From: Chrysomallon squamiferum
Lineage: Eukaryota > Animalia > Mollusca
DNA length: 64,000 bases
Direction: 5' to 3'
NCBI GenBank assembly: GCA_012295275.1
Contig: CM022670.1
Location: 18,042,001 to 18,106,000, forward strand
Of the stretch, positions 56,510 to 64,000 are shown one piece after another. Both the position numbers and the translations under genes were made by a program. Position 1 is the stretch's first letter. Each line of letters starts with the position of its first letter. The notes beneath the pieces are model-generated. The model made no database searches. It was not told the DNA's origin and was given only the letters and a program-made list of their open reading frames with translations.

Positions 56510-57055
56510 CAGTGTGAAAAATAAACGAGCAAATTTTCAAAATATATCCGTTTTTTATGCACGTGTCGGAAACGAGTTGTTCCCCTTGGGTGGGGCGTGC
56601 AGAACTTTTCACCCGTATCGGGGCGAGTGTGGCAAAAAATGTTCCAACATTTACAAAAGGTGCAGCACGTTTTGAAAATGCGTGTGAAAAAAAAAAAACG
56701 AGCAAATCTTCAAAATATGTGCGGTTTTTTTGCACGTGTCGGAAACGAGTTGTTCCCCTTGGGTGGGGCGTGTGCCAGTTTTCACCCATGTCTGGCATCC
56801 CTTGCCCCACTTTCGGGTATGTGCGTTCCGTTTTTGCCTCGTAGGGAGAAAACGTTATTCCACTTTGAAAAACGTACCCCTCGCATTTTCAACGCGTCTT
56901 GAAAAAATTTCCGATTTTCAAAAACTGAAAAACCGTGTGGGCTTTGCCCGGGGGTCGGGAAAATTATTTCAACGTGTGCAAATGGTGCGCGCCGTCGGGG
57001 CGAGTGTGGCGAAAACGTTTCCAACATTTACGAAAGGTGCTGGACGTTTTCAGTG
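56510..57055. repeat. CpG-rich modular insert (A-B-A-C-B), satellite fragment or non-autonomous transposon
   Basis: Module A (ACGAGCAAAT...GCACGTGTCGGAAACGAGTTGTTCCCCTTGGGTGGGGCGTG) at 56525 and 56698. Module B (TCGGGGCGAGTGTGGC...CCAACATTTAC.AAAGGTGC) at 56618 and 56996. Abrupt rise in GC and CpG relative to the flanks. Confidence 0.85.
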
Positions 57056-58419
57056 CTGTTAAGTCTGTATAGTCCGTATCGTATTTTGCAGTAAACAGAA
57101 AAGGGGACGAAGAGCACAGTGATACTTCGAAATGAGATATTCAGCTCGTTTTTAAATACAAAGGGCAGTATTCAACGCAATATTAATATGAAAGTTAACT
57201 AAGAAGTTATCTCCCTTGATTTAGAAAATTGGGGTAATTTAGGTTAAGATAAACATATATCTGATTTATGACATAATATGTCTGTGTGGAAGTAGTCAAT
57301 GTATGTTTGAGTGTTTTTAATATTTAAATTCGCTTAGCTACCTATATATATATATATATTACCTATATATGCAATATACCAACATATTTCTTTCTTTCTC
57401 TCTTTAGCGCCCTTTCATTCTGTTATTTAGCTACCTGCCTATCTATATACACGCGTACACGCACACACACACACACGCACACACTCACACACGTATACAT
57501 ATATAATTATTTGTGTAGATGTATCTGTGTGAAATCGTGCACTTGTAGTTTAATAGCAAGTTCAGCTGGGTTAAGGGACTCTAACGTTAAATTTCACCTT
57601 GTAATCACTACGTTAATGACAGTGATACGTGTTGGCACGATGGTCTTAAGGAAAATTTCCTTGATTTTAATAAAGTTACGTAACCTTTCCCGCACCACAT
57701 ACCTTTTTTTTTTTTTTTTTTTTTTTACTACACCACTGAACTCCATTAAAATTCATTTTATCTTTCTAGCATTTTACAAGAAACTAATTGTGTTTCGATC
57801 CAAAGGGTACTACTCAGCTTTTTATCTTCGATAAATAAACTGTTGACAGTTATGAATGTAATTTGGTAAAAATGTACTGTAAGACTGTTTGATTAAAGAT
57901 ATTTATGGTTTGTACGCAAAGATGCCCGGCACTGTTTTTGATGTTATTTGTGCAGTGTCGTGTTTGATAAAGCACTTTAAGGTAGTTTAAAGAAAAGCAA
58001 AATGTTAATCAGGGTTTAAGAAGCATTTTTGAGGGTAATGATATTCCATGTCATAAATTTCATTTAATATCATTCCTGTCTTCACAGCTTGTGTAAAGCT
58101 ATGGCTAACAGAATAAGAGTAATTTGAAAATATTTGGTTATTTTAAGAAAAATTAAATTAAAAAAACAAAAACAAGTGTAAATTAAATATGTTTTTAAAA
58201 ACCAAACATTTATACAAAATATACAGAAAACAAATGATTTTCACCTATTTTAGTTAGAAAATCGCACACCATTTTGTTTCCTGTAAACAATCTCCAAATT
58301 TGTAAAAATGTTGATCAATGTTGGCTCGAAAATTAGTATTGATTTTAATTCCTGATTCGATGAGCAGTGTCATAAACATCCAGTCTAAGTGTGAAAGATT
58401 GTTTTAATTATAGAATCAG

Positions 58420-58840
58420 GTTAACTTCATTACTGCAAGTCATTCCGTGTTAAAGCATTTTAAGATATTTTTACGAAGGTACAAGCAAAATATCTCAGAC
58501 ATCTGTTATTTTTATCTTTTTTATACTTGATTCATCGCAGATCGTTTCTGTAAATCATTCATGAAGCCTTAAAACATTTTAAACAGTACAGATTTTCATT
58601 TTTATCTATTTAAAGTTAAGCACAAATTGTTCCTCACGTTTTCGACGATAACGCATTGATTGATTATATTTTAACTGTTGGGGAAAAGCAAAATTTCTGA
58701 CGTCTGGCAGCGTGCTTTAGATACTAAATATTCAATAGCTTGAATGGATGCTCCACAGATCGTTACTGCAAGTCCTTTAGTGAGAAAACATCTTAAGGTT
58801 GTTTAACTAAGGTAAAAGCAAAGCATGTAAGCCACACTGA
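58420..58840. repeat. Old degenerate tandem repeat, ~110-bp unit x ~4
   Basis: TTACTGCAAGTC...AAGGTA.AAGCAAA at about 58431 and 58763, with partial units (CAGATCGTT; AAGCAAAA...GAC.TCTG) between. Confidence 0.6.
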
Positions 58841-61082
58841 CGCGTACCTTTTTACCTTGTTAGCGAAAAATACTAACTATGGCTGCCAGTAGCGTGCACG
58901 TGGTCGCAGAAACTCAAATAAGACATTTAATAGAGATCTTGTGGAATTCCTTTTAGCATGTGAGGAAGCTAGTGGAATGTAAATTTCCCAGAATCCAATT
59001 TCCCTTGTTTGCGTTCTTGAATAAACCTGCACTACAGATGAAATCTCCAAAAGGGAAACTATTTCTGAACAAAATGCTTTTGGCAAGCTTTGACAGGGCA
59101 TACATTGCCGTCATGTCTGAGAAAAACAAAATAAAAAAAGAAACTTAAAGCAAAGAATTAGAAATCAAATTTTGTTTCCGGATGAAGTCTCAGTTGTCGA
59201 TTTAACTGAAAGCTACGAGAATTGAAGAAAAAAAACTGTGTTAATTTTATAGAATTGTTCACCAGATGAAAGAAAATAAAGTGAATTATAATTTGGTGTT
59301 GAAAATAATCGCACATGTATTGGTATTTACTTCGTGGGTGTTTTGTGTTAACTCTGTTATATTGAAAATCAAATACATTTTTTCAACCATTCTTATGTAT
59401 GGTACTTAATATGGAATATAATTCAAAACCTCATACATACTCAGTTCTCCGTTTGTGAAAGGTCTGCAAAAAAATATTTTTATAAAAAGATTAGATCTCA
59501 CAAAAGATATGAAGAATAATGGATAATTAGACAGACAAACAGCAAAAATGAATAAACTAGTGGGCAATTTTAATTTAGCTGTATTTTCCATTATAATTGT
59601 TAGTAAAGTATAATTGCTTTGGTGAGCTTTTATATGTACAAAATAAATGATTAATTTAAGTCAGCGTTATCACATTTTATTGCGATGCCCTGAAATTAGT
59701 TTAGTTAAAATGTCGAAACGAATTACCATTGCTAAACCTCTATAATAAAATACAATATGTAGATTTAATAATTGATAGGGAATGGACAGCAGCAGCTGCA
59801 ACAACAACAACAACAACAACAAGAATGCTACTACTACTACTATTAATAATAATAAAAATAATAAACAAATAATAAAATAAAGATATTTCAGGACAAATAA
59901 TGAAAGCAAATTTCGCTGATGTTATGTTAATTGTGTTATTTGTATTTAAAAATAACTGATGTTTTCTCTAAGTTGGTGAAGTTATTATTATTATTATTAT
60001 TTTTATTATTATTATTATTAATTAGATACTTCAATAATTCATTTTTACACATAGCCTTATCAGTTATTCAATTTGTTTTTGCAAATATATTCCGTCATTC
60101 TGTCCACCTGTAATTATTCCAGAATTGCAATGTTCAATATATCAGTTTCCTTTTTAATTGTGTTAACATTACCTCCTATATGGGCGGGTACAGTGTAAAA
60201 GAATATAATGTAATGAATACTGATACCTATGTAAACAAATTACGCATTTTGTGTTTTGCTTTCCTGTAAGAAATCAAACATCAGTTCATGATTCCTTGTC
60301 GTCTTTACTAAGCTTGTTATTTAAATCATTTTAAAATATTAAAAATAAAAATAATAGCAATAATATCAACAAAAAAAAAAAAAAAGAGACAAAGAATACT
60401 TTTAATAATAAATGTAAAAATTAACACACTGTTTTAAGCAATATTTCATCTTGGTAGTTACGCACACGCACATATGCACATACACATAGATACATATATA
60501 ACCATTCATACAATCTTTCATAAAGACGTACACACGTACACACATGTACACACACATATATAGACACATGAATGCATATATACATACATACGTACATACA
60601 TGTTAATAAATACATTTCCTTAATCACATTACAACAATAGTAACACAGCTCTAAAAGAGGTTAGACATTTCAAAACTACATACGTTATAAACATTACTGT
60701 TAGTTTCTGCGTGGTTATTTCCATGCCCCTTTAATTTCTGCCTCACACCATTTTATTGTCAATTAACCAGCAGTAGAGAACCTCGCCACATGCAGACAAC
60801 AGACTGAATGAAAACAGCACATGTTTGTAAGAGATAAAGGCACGAACTTATACATTCTACCTACTTTAACGTTAATGATAATGATTTAAACATATTTCTG
60901 ATATACCCAGGAAGATACTGTGAACATTGGAATAGAGATACAATGGAAACTCAGTCTGGAACTGATTAATCAGATTATGGATTGTTTGATACTGTGATGG
61001 TACTGTTGGAAAGCGTTCATAAAATTGTTTTAATTTGTCCAGTGTAGATTTTTGGAGATTTTTTATTTATTTATTTGTTTGT

Positions 61083-61125
<43 letters not shown>

Positions 61126-64000
61126 TTGACATCATCTATATATGTCCTCTATCATTTGCACAGCCGTCACTTCTGGAAAGTACGTAGAATAAGAAAGCAA
61201 TAACTAAGAAGAAACACGGACCATTTTATTATCTTTGAAATATACCGCCCTTAAAGAATCGTAAAACAAATACAAACAGAATATAAAAAGATTTTTAACA
61301 TCACGATTCGCGTATTTGAATATAATTTCCATTCTATGCAGTAACTTAAAACAGTAGGAACCAAAGTTCCGAAAACTGCGGAATGTACTACTTCTCTGGT
61401 GATCAGTTGTAAGTACAATATGACGTACTGTTTTTAGCAGTCAGGGAAATTTCAGACATTTTCCTCGAAGTACAGGTGTCGAAGCTTGAGGTAACACAAA
61501 GTGATCGTGCAACAACACGCAAACGTGATGGTTGTGAAACAAGATGCTGGAAGGTGAAAACGTAACTTTGTCCTAGTCATCTGAAATAGCGTCAGAGGCA
61601 TGCAGTTTCAAAACGAATGTGTAAACAGATATCTCGTTCACCGCTTTTCTTGTAGAGCTGCTGATAATTTGTACTTTTCCACTGCAGCTTAGAAAAGTAC
61701 ATGTTAACCATGTTTTTGCCATGAAACAAACGATAAAGAGATATTACATAGGATGTTATATTTAAATAAGTAATGTATTATGTTGGTGGAACAATATTTT
61801 GTTCCAACAAATGTTAGTGTTTAGAAATCAGTGCGATAAAAAGATATGTTTTTTTTAATATTTTTTTTTATTACAATTGTATCATTTTATAATAAATAAA
61901 AAATATTTTCCCGAGCAGACCTGGGATGTGATGGGCTTCAAGATCAATCAACATTAGCGCACCATTTATGATATTTCCCGTTCAGCCTCTACCGGATTAA
62001 TGACTAATTGAAAGTCACGCTATTTTATTTCCTGACACTGTGAAGGTGCATGTAAAACATGTATAATCGATAAGACAGAACATGAAGAGGACACTTGTCG
62101 ATTTATTCTCGAAAAAAAACGAAAGCCTGACTCCTAGTAACCTTAAGAATTCTTTACTTCATTCGCTACAGTTAAACTGGATATTATTACGTTGTTGAAC
62201 CCAGATTTGTTCACAACTACTATTACATAATACATACAATGGATTCTGCAATGGATTCGAGATATTTTCTTTATTAACAAGTAAAACGATTCAAATAAGA
62301 AGAAAAACTAAGAAAGAATCTCTAAAGCTTTAATAGCTACAGAAACGATAAATGAACACCGATAGACTGAGTCAGGTACAGTTTATTTTTCAAATATCAA
62401 GCATTTAAAAACTGTTAACAATTTTTTTTTTTAAATTCACAAACTGTGTCCGAGAAAAACAAAAAGATCTTTGAAGCTGCAAGATATTACATTTTATTTA
62501 CTTTTTCCTTTACTTTTTCGAAGGTTTTATAATAAAATACATTATGTTGTATCTTGGTATTACGTGTTAACTGTTAGCATAATCAAATACATTACGTTGT
62601 TTTTGAAGAAATCAAAACGCGACATCTTTAGGCTTTAAAACATTCAGTATTCGTGATAGGGGAAAACCCTGTGATACTGGATCTCTTTATGAAAGTGGAC
62701 TTGATCAGTTAGGTTAATACACAGAGGTGCAGTAATCACATGGTAATTCCATTTAAAGTCTGTCTGTTTGAGTTTGCTGACCACAGTCGACCATAACGAC
62801 CAATTTGGAAATTGAATGATTTTCACACTTCGACACAATTACAAAATGTCCCTTCTGGGCACAACGGAACGCGCGCAATCAATTTCATGTTTCCCGGTTC
62901 ACTGCGATTTATGAAGACGTCTTCGGAGTGGCGCGGATTTTAATTCTGCAGCATGAAAATATTTTCACTCTGGTCCGAAAGATCTTAGGATCGATTGTGG
63001 CAACTGGTCACTTGTTATTTCTTCTAGTTTAAAAATAAATAAATAAATAAAGAAGAAGATGAAGAAGAAGACGAAGAAGTTAATTAATTAATAGGAGAAT
63101 AGGAAATCAAAAATAATTTTAAATATACTAATATTCATGAAAAAGATTTATGAAATATATATGCCATGAATATACTGTCCACCCTCTTGGATTATTTGTA
63201 AAGAATTTTGTGTTAGGGTCTGTTAGAATATCATCATTGATTATAAACATTTTATCCTTACTGCTTATAAGACAAGAAGATTCGAAACACAGAGAGATAG
63301 AACACAAGAAGACTGGCAGGTATTCAAAGAAATAATTAAAAACACACACACACACTCACACACACAGATACACACTCAAGCACCGACAAAGGGACAAACA
63401 ACAAATGTCTATTTGGATATAGTAATTTTAACATATGTATTGTAACATATGTGTAGAGCATGTAATTCTGCACGAACTGACAACTGCGATATTGCTTGAG
63501 GCGATTGCTGAACCTAGAACAGTAAATTTCTAATGTGTAATTATTTCCAATTTACGTGCTAAACCATCTAATAATGTCGCCTCTGCCGCCAGATTTCGCT
63601 TAAAGCTACTAACATTATTAAAACGCCTTTTCGTTTCCAACACTGATAATTGTTAATAGTATCCTATTATGAACGCTTTTACATCTCTCTGAAAGACGCT
63701 AATTTGCGTAAGTAAAGCCACTATTATTAAAGTTTATTTGATTTTCTTTTACATCATCAGAAACATGGGAACTTGTGTTGTAAAAGTCAGCTGAAAATAA
63801 TTAAATCTGGTAGCTCGTTTAGGTAAACAAAAATGTATTAAACAATGGCCTTACATATTTTATAATTAATTATACATGGACACATCTATACATATTAATC
63901 TCCGTACGTTAATTAACACTAGTTAAATATATAATTATCTGGTTCTGTTTTATCTCTCCGATATATATATATATACACACACAAACACACACACATACTA

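Noticed and set aside
56478-57062. Cluster of overlapping ORFs in the GC-rich block
   Set aside because: Open frames on both strands follow from higher GC and internal repeats. No recognisable domain or transposase motif.

Overview
AT-rich, microsatellite-dense animal genomic DNA, not prokaryotic. The repeat content and the receptor suggest a mollusc, possibly a gastropod; this is inference. The only protein-coding gene I can support is the 5' part of a minus-strand class A neuropeptide GPCR of the orexin/allatotropin receptor family. It has two coding exons, 12592-12206 (N-terminus to TM3) and 3103-2740 (TM3 to ICL3), separated by a ~9.1-kb phase-0 GT-AG intron. The TM6-TM7 exons must lie left of the window. 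The remaining ~51 kb is non-coding. It holds a tRNA-Ser(GCT) gene (23256-23337, minus), fragments of at least two tRNA-type SINE families, a ~380-bp segment present twice, several minisatellites, a decayed array of tRNA-like A/B-box units (~43.0-43.7 kb), a CpG-rich modular insert (~56.5-57.05 kb) and many microsatellites. Nearly all ORFs in the supplied track are microsatellite or low-complexity artefacts. I found no convincing new multi-gene system. The best leads are the receptor's divergent ligand pocket, a possible in-frame alternative donor in ICL3, the tRNA-like array and the CpG-rich insert.
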